Source: Candidatus Thalassarchaeaceae archaeon | GTDB lineage: Archaea > Thermoplasmatota > Poseidoniia > Poseidoniales > Thalassarchaeaceae | Length of the DNA: 64,000 bases | Assembly (NCBI GenBank): GCA_030747485.1 | Contig: JASLKP010000003.1 | Span: 20,309-84,308 of the forward strand | Direction: 5' to 3' | The notes under the pieces: generated by a model | Told to the model about the DNA's origin: nothing | What the model saw: only the letters and a program-made list of their open reading frames with translations | The model's database searches: none | In this document: positions 27,641-37,540 of the stretch, piece after piece | Layout of the letters: each line of letters begins with the position of its first letter | Position numbering within the stretch: position 1 is the first letter of the stretch | Made by a program: the position numbers and the translations under genes

Positions 27641-27961
27641 TCATGCACCTCCCTTTCGATTCTTCTTTCCAGCAATCATCTCCAACATTCGATTGGTCAC
27701 CATGAACCCACCGACAACGTTGATTGTAGCCATGACCAATGCGGCGAAAGCAAGCCATGCTGCTAGACCGGGATGTCCATCTAGGAATTCTGTATTCGAA
27801 AGAATAAGAGCACCTACAATGGTGATTCCAGATATTGCATTGGCACCTGACATCAAAGGTGTGTGAAGTGTCGGTGGAACTTTGCTAATCAGTTCAAACC
27901 CAAGGAAAATAGCCAGGACGAAGACAGTGATACTCGCCACAAGACCCACAACGAAACTCAT
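27641..27961 (-). CDS. pntA: NAD(P) transhydrogenase subunit alpha part 2 (membrane)
   Basis: 106-aa, 3-4 TM protein with LHTPLMSGANAISGI, typical of PntAB. Its start overlaps the upstream stop (ATGA). Confidence 0.85.
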   Translation of the reverse strand: MSFVVGLVASITVFVLAIFLGFELISKVPPTLHTPLMSGANAISGITIVGALILSNTEFLDGHPGLAAWLAFAALVMATINVVGGFMVTNRMLEMIAGKKNRKGGA

Positions 27962-29121
27962 CCAATCACCTCCGACAGACGGGTTTGTTTTTCATGGATC
28001 ACTCCATCCATACAAACCAAAACACCACCCATACCAGGCACGTAGAAATCACTGTCTTCCGGTGCCCCATAGAGGATGTCATCGTCTGGATCTAGAACGA
28101 TTTCACCATCAGTCACCAGTGAAATCACAAATGTTGTGAGATTATTCGAGTATAGCATGCTTGCTGTTGAAGAGAGTTGACCTGGAAGATTGGTAGTACC
28201 CACGATAATGACACCATTATCTGAGGTAATGACTTCACCAGGGGATGTCATTTCGCAATTCCCGCCAACATCTGCATTCATGTCAACAATCACAGACCCT
28301 GCTTTGAAATTCGCAACTGCGGATGCAGGTACTGTAATGGGTGCAGGACGACCAAAAATTCTGGCTGTAGTCACAATAACATCGGCGTCGGCAGCAACTT
28401 CACAAACGGTATCATTGACCTTCTGAATAAATTCAGGAGTTAATGGCTTAGCGTAACCTGATTCATCCTCAAAATCATCCATGCCCTCGACCTCAATGAA
28501 TCTCCCTCCCACTGATTCGATTTGTTCTGCGGCTGACTTTCGCACATCAGATGCATATACAATCGCGCCCAAACGCTTGGCGGTTGCAATCGCTTGTAAA
28601 CCTGCAACACCACTGCCCATGATGACGAATTTTGCAGGACGGACAGTACCTGCAGATGTTGTCATCATCGGGATGCCTTTGGGAACTTGGGCGGCACCCA
28701 TCAACACCGCTTTGTAGCCAGCCAAATTATCCTGACTGGAATTCACATCCATTGCTTGGGCGCGAGAAATTCTTCGGGGAATCATGTCCATGCTCATCAA
28801 TGTCACTTTGGCATCCATGGCTTGACGGATGCGGTCAGGGTTCCGAAATGGATCTGCCACACAGGCAATCATTTGACCATCGGACAGCAAAGAAAAATCT
28901 GGAGGTGTGATGCAAATCAACATTTCACTACTCATTGCCACGTCACGAGATACAATCGTCGCACCTTTGGCATCATATTCTGAATCGGCATGATGTGCTG
29001 AAATTCCTGCACCAGACTCCACGAATACTTCGAAACCATTTTTCATCAACTTTGGAATCGAGTTTGGAACGATGGCCACTCTAGTCTCATCCCCACCTTC
29101 TGCAAGTATGCCCAACTTCAT
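27958..29121 (-). CDS. pntA: NAD(P) transhydrogenase subunit alpha part 1 (AlaDH/PNT domains)
   Basis: MKLGILAEGGDETRVAIVP start and Rossmann VIMGSGVAGLQAIATAKRLGA. ATG 29121 is preferred to the track start 29154. Confidence 0.9.
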   Translation of the reverse strand: MKLGILAEGGDETRVAIVPNSIPKLMKNGFEVFVESGAGISAHHADSEYDAKGATIVSRDVAMSSEMLICITPPDFSLLSDGQMIACVADPFRNPDRIRQAMDAKVTLMSMDMIPRRISRAQAMDVNSSQDNLAGYKAVLMGAAQVPKGIPMMTTSAGTVRPAKFVIMGSGVAGLQAIATAKRLGAIVYASDVRKSAAEQIESVGGRFIEVEGMDDFEDESGYAKPLTPEFIQKVNDTVCEVAADADVIVTTARIFGRPAPITVPASAVANFKAGSVIVDMNADVGGNCEMTSPGEVITSDNGVIIVGTTNLPGQLSSTASMLYSNNLTTFVISLVTDGEIVLDPDDDILYGAPEDSDFYVPGMGGVLVCMDGVIHEKQTRLSEVIG

Positions 29122-29236
29122 TTCACTAACACCTGTTTGGTCTACGCAACCCATAGGGTTGTATGTCTGAATCGACCTGAAATCGGTTATTGAACCATAC
29201 GGATGTGAGTACTGGACTAACCGTTGTGAAACTGTG

Positions 29237-29941
29237 TCAAAACAGCATAATTGCGCCTACTGTAAATACAGTCACATCGCAGATTGCGTGGGCAACATAT
29301 GGAATCCAAATGCTACGATATTGAATGTACAACCAAGAGAAGATTGCACCACCAACAAACAAACTTACACTTGCAATCAAATTGGCCCACCAAGGAAAGC
29401 CAAAGAAAGACAGAGCAATCGTATGATGAAGGACAAAAATTAGCGCAGATAACACAATGGCTGCATTCGCACTTCCAAGTAGTTGTTCTGATTTCTCAAC
29501 GATGAACCAACGGAACACATATTCTTCCAATATTGAGTTAATGAAAATCCAGTAAAGCACCCCTAGAAAATAGAGACGTTTATCCATCAAACCAATGGGC
29601 TCGACCGCAGATTTCAACAAGTCTGCATCAAGCCATTTTCCGAGTAAGAGCCATGCTGCTAACATCATACCACTCATGGCCAATCCAAAGCCGATTGCAA
29701 ATCGAAAACCACCCCGTTCAGGTTTCGACCAAGACAATGTTCCACCATCTACCTTCAGATACCACAATACTGGCAAACCGAATATCCAAATTTTCGAAGT
29801 GATATAGAATACATGTGACAACATTCCTGCATCGGTTCCAAATGAGATGCATATCGATACAGTGGGAGCCATTCCCACAAGAATAATGGCCAGTAGAGCA
29901 CGGCGTTTATCGTCCACGTATGACCCAAATGATGGACCCAT
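29237..29941 (-). CDS. CPBP-family (CAAX/Abi) intramembrane glutamic protease
   Basis: Polytopic protein with motif 1 NSILEEYVFRWF, motif FVLHH, and motif VAHAICD. Confidence 0.8.
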   Translation of the reverse strand: MGPSFGSYVDDKRRALLAIILVGMAPTVSICISFGTDAGMLSHVFYITSKIWIFGLPVLWYLKVDGGTLSWSKPERGGFRFAIGFGLAMSGMMLAAWLLLGKWLDADLLKSAVEPIGLMDKRLYFLGVLYWIFINSILEEYVFRWFIVEKSEQLLGSANAAIVLSALIFVLHHTIALSFFGFPWWANLIASVSLFVGGAIFSWLYIQYRSIWIPYVAHAICDVTVFTVGAIMLF

Positions 29942-30009
29942 TCAAGGATTGCCATCGAAGGTAATCCCTATGGACGGGTGTCGCAGCGGGTCCAACAAGA
30001 GGAATTCAC

Positions 30010-30948
30010 ATGAGTGGGGGAAAAGCGAAAATCGCTGTCATTGGAGCCGGAAATGTTGGTGCTACCTGTGCCTTTGTGTTAGCCGAACGAAAATTAGGTG
30101 ACATTGTACTGTTAGACATCTACGAAGGATTTGCCAAGGGTAAAGCACTCGATATGAGCCAAGGTGCTCAAGTTCTGAACTATGATGGGACAATTACTGG
30201 GACATCAAATTATGCAGATATTGCTGGATCAGATGTGGTTGTTGTCACCTCTGGATTTCCAAGGCAACCCGGGATGACGCGGGAAGATTTGATTGGTAAA
30301 AATGCTGAAATCATCACACAAGTCGGAACAGGCATTCGCGAACACGCACCCAACAGTATCATTGTCATGGTCACCAACCCTCTGGATTTGATGACTTATC
30401 ACATGCAAAAGGTCACCGGATTCGCTCCAGAGAGAGTCGTCGGGCAAGCTGGCATTTTAGATTCAGCAAGGATGACCCATTTCGTTGCTCAGGAACTAGG
30501 TTGTTCCAATGAAGATGTGACTGCAATGGTACTTGGAGGCCATGGGGATACGATGGTTCCTTTACCTCGATATACCACAGTAGGAGGCATTAGCATTACA
30601 CAACTCATGGATGCTGAAACAATTGATGCCATCTCAAGGAGAACCGCCGGAGGTGGTGGAGAAATCGTCAAACTTCTAGAGAAGGGATCGGCATTTTATG
30701 CACCTGGTTCAGCAGCTGCAATCATGGCAGAAGCCATAGTTAAAGATCGGAAAAGATTCATCCCCGCTAGTGCACACCTAACTGGTCAGTACGGCCTAGA
30801 TGATGTTTACATTGGCGTCCCGATTGTTCTTGGCAGCAAAGGTGTAGAGCGAATTATTGAACTTGAATTGACCGACGCTGAATTAGAGAGTTTGCAAGGT
30901 TCAGGTAATTTCTACAAATCGCAATTGAGTGAACTCCTAGGATATTGA
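30010..30948 (+). CDS. mdh: Malate dehydrogenase (LDH-like MDH family)
   Basis: KIAVIGAGNVGATCAF Rossmann, GFPRQPGMTREDL substrate loop, and GGHGDTMVP catalytic His region. 312 aa. Confidence 0.9.
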   Translation: MSGGKAKIAVIGAGNVGATCAFVLAERKLGDIVLLDIYEGFAKGKALDMSQGAQVLNYDGTITGTSNYADIAGSDVVVVTSGFPRQPGMTREDLIGKNAEIITQVGTGIREHAPNSIIVMVTNPLDLMTYHMQKVTGFAPERVVGQAGILDSARMTHFVAQELGCSNEDVTAMVLGGHGDTMVPLPRYTTVGGISITQLMDAETIDAISRRTAGGGGEIVKLLEKGSAFYAPGSAAAIMAEAIVKDRKRFIPASAHLTGQYGLDDVYIGVPIVLGSKGVERIIELELTDAELESLQGSGNFYKSQLSELLGY

Positions 30949-30960
30949 TGTCCAGATTGC

Positions 30961-30980
30961 CTTACCAAGGGTAAGTTTTT
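30961..30980 (+). terminator. Hairpin CTTACC-AAG-GGTAAG followed by TTTTT, downstream of mdh
   Basis: A 6-bp stem with a 3-nt loop, immediately followed by a T5 run, 13 nt after the mdh stop. The oligo-T fits archaeal termination signals. Confidence 0.5.
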
Positions 30981-31043
30981 GGTGATTCAGAACAACGCAC
31001 TGGCAATGGCCTTGGAAGGCATGGGTCCCATCTTGCCCTACTA

Positions 31044-31295
31044 TTGGAAAAAATTCTTTCAAATCAATTTCCAGACTGGGGAAACCTTGGGGCTGACATA
31101 TTTCATCTGTTTTCTCTCCATTTTGACATTGATTGTGTTGTGTTTCTTGGCTGCATTAATTCTCAAGGCCCGAAGCCACGCGCCGGAAAATTGCTTACTC
31201 TACAGGCCAAGAATCGGGGGTTGGATGAGGGCCGAGTTGAATACCTCGAAACATGGTATACCGAATCCTTGGAATCATCCGATGAAGAGGAATGA
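31044..31295 (+). CDS. Possible small acidic protein (83 aa)
   Basis: The only non-overlapping ORF in the mdh-to-Nudix gap, with an acidic C-terminus (ESLESSDEEE). No family recognised. Weak call. Confidence 0.25.
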   Translation: MEKILSNQFPDWGNLGADIFHLFSLHFDIDCVVFLGCINSQGPKPRAGKLLTLQAKNRGLDEGRVEYLETWYTESLESSDEEE

Positions 31296-31325
31296 TTCAT
31301 CACTGAGTGAGGCTACCAGTCCAAT

Positions 31326-32042
31326 ATGGGCACCCACCTATACCTTGAACACGATGGAAAGGTATTGCTTGTCAACATGGATGGTGAGGGACCACAACAA
31401 GCAATCATGGGTCGAGTGGGTGACATTTCCTTACGACTACCCTCAGTAGACGAGGTTGCTCAAATGGGCATCTCATGGACCGAGAGGAGAACAAATCGAT
31501 TTAGTCTAGGTGACACAAATCACGAAGTCATCTATGCATTGCCTGAAATTGAATGGCCAGAGAATTGGACCTGGAAGGATCAATTGATTTCAGACAATTG
31601 TGTGAATCCTATCGCACGTGAAGCTGTGTATCGATCCATGCATCGTGTCGTCTCAAAGGTCATCCTAGTCAATCCAGATGGACATGTTGCCATGGCCAAG
31701 GTCAAGCGAGGATTCTTCACAGGGCATTGGACATTACCTGGCGGATTTGTCGATTATGCTGAACATCCACAAGAAGGTGCTGTTCGAGAAGTATTGGAAG
31801 AATTAGGAGTTGAGGTCACATTAACAGAAAACCCTCTGAATATTAGTGAACGAATTTTTACAAGTGAAGGAATTCAATTCCTTTCATTCACATATTGCTG
31901 TCAAGTTCCCTCCGATGTGACATTTAATCCCAAAGCAGATGAAATTGAAGAGGCTCGATTCTTTACATTAGAAGAAGCATTGTCACGTGCTGCAAGTTTG
32001 TTCGATGTGGAAGCCTTGCGAATGTTGGAGGAATCCGCATGA
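31326..32042 (+). CDS. Nudix hydrolase with ~100-aa N-terminal extension
   Basis: Canonical Nudix box GHWTLPGGFVDYAEHPQEGAVREVLEELGVEV. Confidence 0.85.
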   Translation: MGTHLYLEHDGKVLLVNMDGEGPQQAIMGRVGDISLRLPSVDEVAQMGISWTERRTNRFSLGDTNHEVIYALPEIEWPENWTWKDQLISDNCVNPIAREAVYRSMHRVVSKVILVNPDGHVAMAKVKRGFFTGHWTLPGGFVDYAEHPQEGAVREVLEELGVEVTLTENPLNISERIFTSEGIQFLSFTYCCQVPSDVTFNPKADEIEEARFFTLEEALSRAASLFDVEALRMLEESA

Positions 32043-32776
32043 CGATGTTGACAGATGCACATCTGCGCAAGGCAATCATTGGCGCTGTATCATTTGTAAT
32101 ATGTGCCAGTATCCTAAGTCAAATAATGATGCAAATGGGTGGAGGCCCCAGAGATGAGGCCATTGATATTTCTGACCAACTCAATGTGAGCCCCGTAGAA
32201 CTATGCGATGGAGATGCGTGTCTCATTTTTGAGGATGGTTTGCCACCATTCATCTCCAGCGCAGGAGGCTTCTACCCCGAACGTGCCGTATTCGATGCAG
32301 GCATTGGAATTGGTGGATTGATGATGATTGCATTTAGTTTCGAAGCGTTCCATCGTACAAAACCAGAAAGTGAGTTGCGGAAAGCAGCCAACGTTTGTGG
32401 ACTGATTTCTGGAGTTACGATTGGATTTTCAATGTTCAATATCATTGCATATCCATTCAATACTGAACTATTAATACACATCTTCTACGCCTTAGTCATC
32501 TTTTGGGGCGCTCTGTTTTGGGCCATTTGTATGACCGTTGCACGCAAAGAATTAGATCAAGGCATTACATGGAGAAAGTGGGAAATAAATCAAATCAGAA
32601 TCACCTTATGTTCAGTGATTTTATTCTCATTCATTTTCATGAGTATCTTGGTAAACTCTGGAGAATTTATTGCGGCTGCAATTTTTGAATGGATGCTCAT
32701 GTTTGCTTCGCAGGGATTCCTGCTAACATTCATTCCAATTCTAGATACTACGGCCGCTCAGCAATCATCGAACTAG
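32039..32776 (+). CDS. Hypothetical polytopic membrane protein
   Basis: 245 aa with about 6 hydrophobic helices. The start overlaps the Nudix stop (ATGA). No family recognised. Confidence 0.65.
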   Translation: MTMLTDAHLRKAIIGAVSFVICASILSQIMMQMGGGPRDEAIDISDQLNVSPVELCDGDACLIFEDGLPPFISSAGGFYPERAVFDAGIGIGGLMMIAFSFEAFHRTKPESELRKAANVCGLISGVTIGFSMFNIIAYPFNTELLIHIFYALVIFWGALFWAICMTVARKELDQGITWRKWEINQIRITLCSVILFSFIFMSILVNSGEFIAAAIFEWMLMFASQGFLLTFIPILDTTAAQQSSN

Positions 32777-33341
32777 CAAGGCCAATTGCAATGAGCAAAA
32801 AGAGAAGTCCACCCAACATCATCGCATTTTCGACTGTTGATCGACTGGATGATTCAAGGTTGGTTTCCTCGACTTCATCTTCATCGCATCCATCACCAAA
32901 GCATTCACCAATTTCGGGAGCATTGGTAGCATGGTTGTCCATTCCGATATTCAGATAGACTTCTGTTTCAGTTCCATCTGACATCAAATCACTCAGAACG
33001 AAATTGCCAACATAATCCGTACTATTGATTTCAAATTTCCAAGCGACGCGACAATCAGAATCATTTGTCCAGTCACAGGAATAATGTAAAACACCTGAAG
33101 AAAACTCATTTTCATCATCAAAATCGCCATCACCATTGAGGTCCAAACCGATGGTATGGGTGATGTTTGTTCGATTATCTGCATTGTAATAATGTACAGT
33201 ATCATTGACAATAACGTCTACCTGCATCGGGTCATGCCGATCTTCGCGGACGATGACAGTGAACGTATCCGGTTCATGCGCGCCAGCAATCCCTGTCAGT
33301 AATGGCAAACAGAACAGGATGGCCATTCCGATTGCCCGCAT
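32748..33341 (-). CDS. Secreted cupredoxin-like/Ig-like protein with C-terminal TM anchor
   Basis: ATG 33341 gives the signal peptide MRAIGMAILFCLPLLTGIAGA. VIVNDTVHYYNADNRTNITHTIG resembles the first strands of cupredoxins, but no C..H..M copper loop is evident. The C-terminal helix is MMLGGLLFLLIAIGLASSMI. Confidence 0.55.
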   Translation of the reverse strand: MRAIGMAILFCLPLLTGIAGAHEPDTFTVIVREDRHDPMQVDVIVNDTVHYYNADNRTNITHTIGLDLNGDGDFDDENEFSSGVLHYSCDWTNDSDCRVAWKFEINSTDYVGNFVLSDLMSDGTETEVYLNIGMDNHATNAPEIGECFGDGCDEDEVEETNLESSSRSTVENAMMLGGLLFLLIAIGLASSMIAERP

Positions 33342-33399
33342 GTTGGTAGGGCCTCGGCACGAGGATAAATACAAACCGACCCGTAGGGTCGGGACAGAT

Positions 33400-35181
33400 A
33401 TGGACGGGAGGGCGATTGCACTTGCGGCTTTGCTGTTCATGAGTAGTGCACTTCTTGGAGCCGTAGCATTCCTCGACATGAGTGGAGGATTAGATGAAGA
33501 AAAGGGAAATCAGAATGGGCATGTAACTGACCCCCTGACTCAGGGTGAAGATCATGACCATCGAGACCCTGCTCAACACAATATGTCTTCATCCAATATC
33601 GAGTATGTCGATTTCAATCCACTCACCAGCCCAGGAAACGCTGAGGTTCAAGTGATGACGGCGCCAGATGGTCGAGTCTATGCATACCAAGCAGGATGGA
33701 ATGATGTCCACATCACCGATGTCACCGACCCAAGCAATACGACTGTGGTGGGTGTCTATAATGACCCAAATACTCAGGTTCTGGATGTCAAGTACTTGGA
33801 ACACAATGGCAATGAGTACTTGATTATTCAAAACCAACTGATTGATTCTGGCTATGCTGACCCGAACGTTGGTGAATGGGGAGACCCTATTCAAGTGAGT
33901 GTGACGCTTCTGGATGTCACCGATAAAACCGATCCATATGCGATTGATGCTTGGTACGATGCAGACCATCCGAGTGGCCCTCACAATCTTTACACACAAA
34001 TGATTGACGGCGAATGGTACCTTCTCGTGGCCAATCCCGATTACGAAGCTTGCGATATCGGACAAGGAGATGCATGTGGTGGGATTACCATCGCTCACCT
34101 CAACTTCGATGGGTGGGCCGACCTACCTCGAATCGTCAAGATTGGTGAGGCAGAAGTTGCTTGGGAAACAACACGAGGTGGCTGGATTTACATTCATGAT
34201 ATGACCAGTCAGACATGGCCTGGAGATGACCCAAATGACCCAAGATATGGGCGGACATACATCTACGGCGCATATTGGGAAGCTGGCTTACGCATCTTCG
34301 ATATCAGTGATGTGCCACATCCAACAAACAGCCCAGCCGAATACCTCTATCATGGCTCCACATGCCGTGCAACATTTGGAACCCAAGTGGGTTGCACTTG
34401 GCGTGCACCTGAAGTGGGACATTGGGATGATTTTGCGGATCTCGATGGCGATGGTGAATTAGACAGTGGGACGACAGGGAACGAAAATGGTGGGAGAGCA
34501 TCCTACATCCATTATGCTGAACCGTTCCCAGAAATGGTCGACACCAGTCACCTTGGAGGTCCTGATGAAAAGCGTCATCTGACAGTACTCGCCGTAGAAG
34601 TCATCTCAACCCATGAAGGAACTGGGTTGGTCTATCTCCTCGATACGACAAATTTCACGACAAATAATGGAAATGTACGTTTTGAGCCGAGTTTATATTC
34701 AACGTGGGAAATTCCAACTGCTTGGAGTCATTGTTTTGGTAGTTCATGTGAAGACCATACAAACAATGACGAATGGCTGCTATTCAGTCCACACAACCTC
34801 GATAGCGTGTATTTTCCAACAAACGACGATGATTTGCCTGACAACAGTCATGGAGGCACTTGGGATGGGCGACTCTATGTTAGCCACTATCATGGAGGCA
34901 TGTGGATTGTTGATGTCGAGACATTGATTCATGCAGGATTTTCTGGACAGGACCGAAACGACACTCACATGGAAGCCACCATCGGATTTTACATGCCCCA
35001 TGGTGGAGAATATGGGGAACCATTGGACAGTCAGTACTACGATTTCGGTTGGATTCCGTTCCTTTGGGCTGTTGAATATCATGATGGGTATGCCTACGCA
35101 TCTTGCATTACAAGTGGGCTTTATGTCACCCAATTGGATATTGACAAACCATATCGTGGCGTCCTGATGAATAATGGATGA
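33400..35181 (+). CDS. LVIVD-repeat beta-propeller protein, secreted
   Basis: ATG 33400 gives the signal/anchor MDGRAIALAALLFMSSALLGAVAF. Recurrent LVIVD-type strands are VHITDVTDPSNTTVVGVY, VTLLDVTDKTDPYAIDAW, LRIFDISDVPHPT, GMWIVDVETL and GLYVTQLDIDKPY. Confidence 0.75.
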   Translation: MDGRAIALAALLFMSSALLGAVAFLDMSGGLDEEKGNQNGHVTDPLTQGEDHDHRDPAQHNMSSSNIEYVDFNPLTSPGNAEVQVMTAPDGRVYAYQAGWNDVHITDVTDPSNTTVVGVYNDPNTQVLDVKYLEHNGNEYLIIQNQLIDSGYADPNVGEWGDPIQVSVTLLDVTDKTDPYAIDAWYDADHPSGPHNLYTQMIDGEWYLLVANPDYEACDIGQGDACGGITIAHLNFDGWADLPRIVKIGEAEVAWETTRGGWIYIHDMTSQTWPGDDPNDPRYGRTYIYGAYWEAGLRIFDISDVPHPTNSPAEYLYHGSTCRATFGTQVGCTWRAPEVGHWDDFADLDGDGELDSGTTGNENGGRASYIHYAEPFPEMVDTSHLGGPDEKRHLTVLAVEVISTHEGTGLVYLLDTTNFTTNNGNVRFEPSLYSTWEIPTAWSHCFGSSCEDHTNNDEWLLFSPHNLDSVYFPTNDDDLPDNSHGGTWDGRLYVSHYHGGMWIVDVETLIHAGFSGQDRNDTHMEATIGFYMPHGGEYGEPLDSQYYDFGWIPFLWAVEYHDGYAYASCITSGLYVTQLDIDKPYRGVLMNNG

Positions 35182-35199
35182 TCGGCCCTTAGGGCCGAT
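35181..35199 (+). terminator. Hairpin ATCGGCCC-TTA-GGGCCGAT directly after the LVIVD gene stop
   Basis: Perfect 8-bp inverted repeat with a 3-nt loop, beginning at the last base of the stop codon. No T-run follows. Confidence 0.35.
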
Positions 35200-35231
35200 T
35201 CCTTGACAAGGGTTTGCAGATTCGGCCCGTT

Positions 35232-36827
35232 ATGCGCACCCGAACCACATTGGCAATTCTCATGACATTGCTCATGGCAGGCACATCGCTTTCCGGGTGT
35301 TTGGGCAATGATGATTCCGGCCCACCATCCGCAAATGATTTGGTAATCAATGGTGCACTCGTCGCTGGTGATTGGAGTACTGTGACACTTGTTGCAAAGA
35401 CGGATATGAGCGTTTACATCCCCTACTTCGTCATCGACCCTGGGAGCAAACGTGCTCAAAATGGGACGGTACTCAATCTAAAATCTGGTGCTTCTGAAGA
35501 TTGTGAGTGGTTACTACCACCTCGAAATCTGAATGCGGTGCTATTGATTGGAAAATACGGACGGACAGATTGGCCTGTTCGAGCCGCCAATGAATCTTGG
35601 CAGGATTGGATTGATGACTCCTCAAATGGTGGAGCGGTGACAATCGTACCCAATGGAGACAATGGGTCTTGGGATTGGTTGTCAGCGCATGATTCAGATG
35701 GCGGTAGCGTCGTCATCAAGACATTCGAGACAATTCGACCTCAACGTTCAGATTTGACGATGGACGATGGAGTAGATGCATCTGATGGATGGGTCGATGG
35801 GCGCTCAGTTTACGAATGGGTGGATTTCATCACCGATGAAACCCCTTGCGATGAAGTGATTACATGCGGGACAGATGGTGCAGTTGGATACCTAGACAGA
35901 TGGATTGGAAATCAAAATCCATCATATGAACATGCAATCGATTACTTTGAAGGCGTCATGACTGGATTTGGTCTACGAACTGAAGTACACAGATATTGGA
36001 CTGGAACTGTGTGGGCAGTCAACGTTTGTGGATACAAGGATGGATCCATGTTTGCAGATGAATGGTTGGTCTTTGGTGGCCACTTCGACATTGCACCATA
36101 TGCAACACCCACTTCGCTGTTACCTGGATTAGAACAAACGGGATATGGGACCCGAACCGGTGCCTATGACAACTCTGCAGGTTCTGCAATGGTACTGACA
36201 ACGGCTGGAGCACTCGCAGAATTTGATGCGCGGCGAACCATGGTTTTCTGCCTATGGTCAAGTGAAGAGGAAGGGTTGTGGGGCTCATCTGCCTTCGCCG
36301 ACTCCGTCCCTTCAGGCGTGACAATCAGTAATTATCTCAATCTCGACATGGCGGGCATCAACTATCCAGGGAATTACGCACTATCTGTATATCTTGGACC
36401 GGATGGAAGTGGTGATGTCGTGGACCAACCAGGAATGTTTCACCTTGCCGAATGGATTGGGGCAGATGCCTTAGATCTGGCCTACCAAATGGAACGTGGC
36501 GCGGCCGAATGGGCCGCTGTCGGTGAGGACCCGCTGTGGCAGGTCGAGTACGAAGATATGGTCGCGATATACGAATCACCAACAGCACGCAGTGATCACG
36601 ACCCGTTCCAACAAATTGGCGTGGCCACGCTGGGATGGAATGGTGTCGTCGATGGATATCCATGCTATCACAAAACGTGCGATCGATTGAGTGAAGTCGA
36701 GGAATACATGGTCACCGATAATGCCACAGGTGTGGCCAATTTAGCACATTCATGGGATATTGTCACATGGTGGGCAGTATTCGCTTTCCTACACATGGAT
36801 CAAACACCTGTACCCAATGAATTGTGA
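35232..36827 (+). CDS. M28-family aminopeptidase, lipoprotein-type signal
   Basis: MRTRTTLAILMTLLMAGTSLSGCLG (lipobox-like). Metal-site regions are GAYDNSAGSAMVLTTA, SSEEEGLWGSSAF and NLDMAG. The track start 35214 is TTG, so the ATG at 35232 is preferred. Confidence 0.8.
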   Translation: MRTRTTLAILMTLLMAGTSLSGCLGNDDSGPPSANDLVINGALVAGDWSTVTLVAKTDMSVYIPYFVIDPGSKRAQNGTVLNLKSGASEDCEWLLPPRNLNAVLLIGKYGRTDWPVRAANESWQDWIDDSSNGGAVTIVPNGDNGSWDWLSAHDSDGGSVVIKTFETIRPQRSDLTMDDGVDASDGWVDGRSVYEWVDFITDETPCDEVITCGTDGAVGYLDRWIGNQNPSYEHAIDYFEGVMTGFGLRTEVHRYWTGTVWAVNVCGYKDGSMFADEWLVFGGHFDIAPYATPTSLLPGLEQTGYGTRTGAYDNSAGSAMVLTTAGALAEFDARRTMVFCLWSSEEEGLWGSSAFADSVPSGVTISNYLNLDMAGINYPGNYALSVYLGPDGSGDVVDQPGMFHLAEWIGADALDLAYQMERGAAEWAAVGEDPLWQVEYEDMVAIYESPTARSDHDPFQQIGVATLGWNGVVDGYPCYHKTCDRLSEVEEYMVTDNATGVANLAHSWDIVTWWAVFAFLHMDQTPVPNEL

Positions 36828-36836
36828 GGCATTCCA

Positions 36837-37478
36837 ATGCAAAAAAGGATGGCATTATTTCTTGCATTATGCATTCTATTGCCTGGATGTACTTCACCGG
36901 AATCCGATGAATTGGATCTATTCTATGGTGAGGATTTACCAGGAGACGATGCTGAATATTCAGTTGATGAATTTACGCTATATGATGCCGTAGGGAATCA
37001 AACAAATCTCAGTGATTACGCAGGACAAGTTCTGATCGTCTCTTTCGTGTATACAAGATGTCCAGATGTGTGTCCAATTGTTTCGAGTAATCTTCGTTGG
37101 GTTTCTCAAAACCTTTCAGACGATTATGGCACCAACTTCAGTATCATTTCCATTACAGTTGACCCATGGTGGGATTCTCAAAACGTACTGCACGACTATT
37201 CTGTATTGCGAAGTTTGGATTGGCCACACCTCACAGGAGGAGTAGATGTTCTTGAACCAGTTTGGGAAGATTTTCATGTCGGTCTGACCACCTATGTGAA
37301 TGATAGTTATGAAAATGACAGTGAGACACAAGGTAGACATCACCCCGATTATTTAGTCGACCATTCTACAGCGACAATCATTCTAGACAAAGACCACCGA
37401 CAACGTGTTCGATGGAATGATATGGATTGGGAAGTAACGATGTTTGCGAATGATGTACAGCAATTATTGGATGAATGA
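36837..37478 (+). CDS. SCO1/SenC-family copper chaperone (thioredoxin fold), lipoprotein-type signal
   Basis: MQKRMALFLALCILLPGCTS signal, a diagnostic FVYTRCPDVCP (CxxxC) motif, and a conserved downstream His region (GRHHPDYLVDHS). Confidence 0.85.
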   Translation: MQKRMALFLALCILLPGCTSPESDELDLFYGEDLPGDDAEYSVDEFTLYDAVGNQTNLSDYAGQVLIVSFVYTRCPDVCPIVSSNLRWVSQNLSDDYGTNFSIISITVDPWWDSQNVLHDYSVLRSLDWPHLTGGVDVLEPVWEDFHVGLTTYVNDSYENDSETQGRHHPDYLVDHSTATIILDKDHRQRVRWNDMDWEVTMFANDVQQLLDE

Positions 37479-37540
37479 AGACATTCATACGGGAACAGAG
37501 TTAAGTTCTCGTCCACAATCAACAGTTACAGGTGAAAGAA

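Noticed and set aside
30979-31449. 156-aa ORF with a convincing-looking TM helix
   Set aside because: It overlaps the Nudix gene by 124 nt in another frame. The Nudix N-terminus (HLYLEHDGKVLLVNMDGEG) reads like genuine protein, so the long ORF is probably spurious, at least in its 3-prime half.
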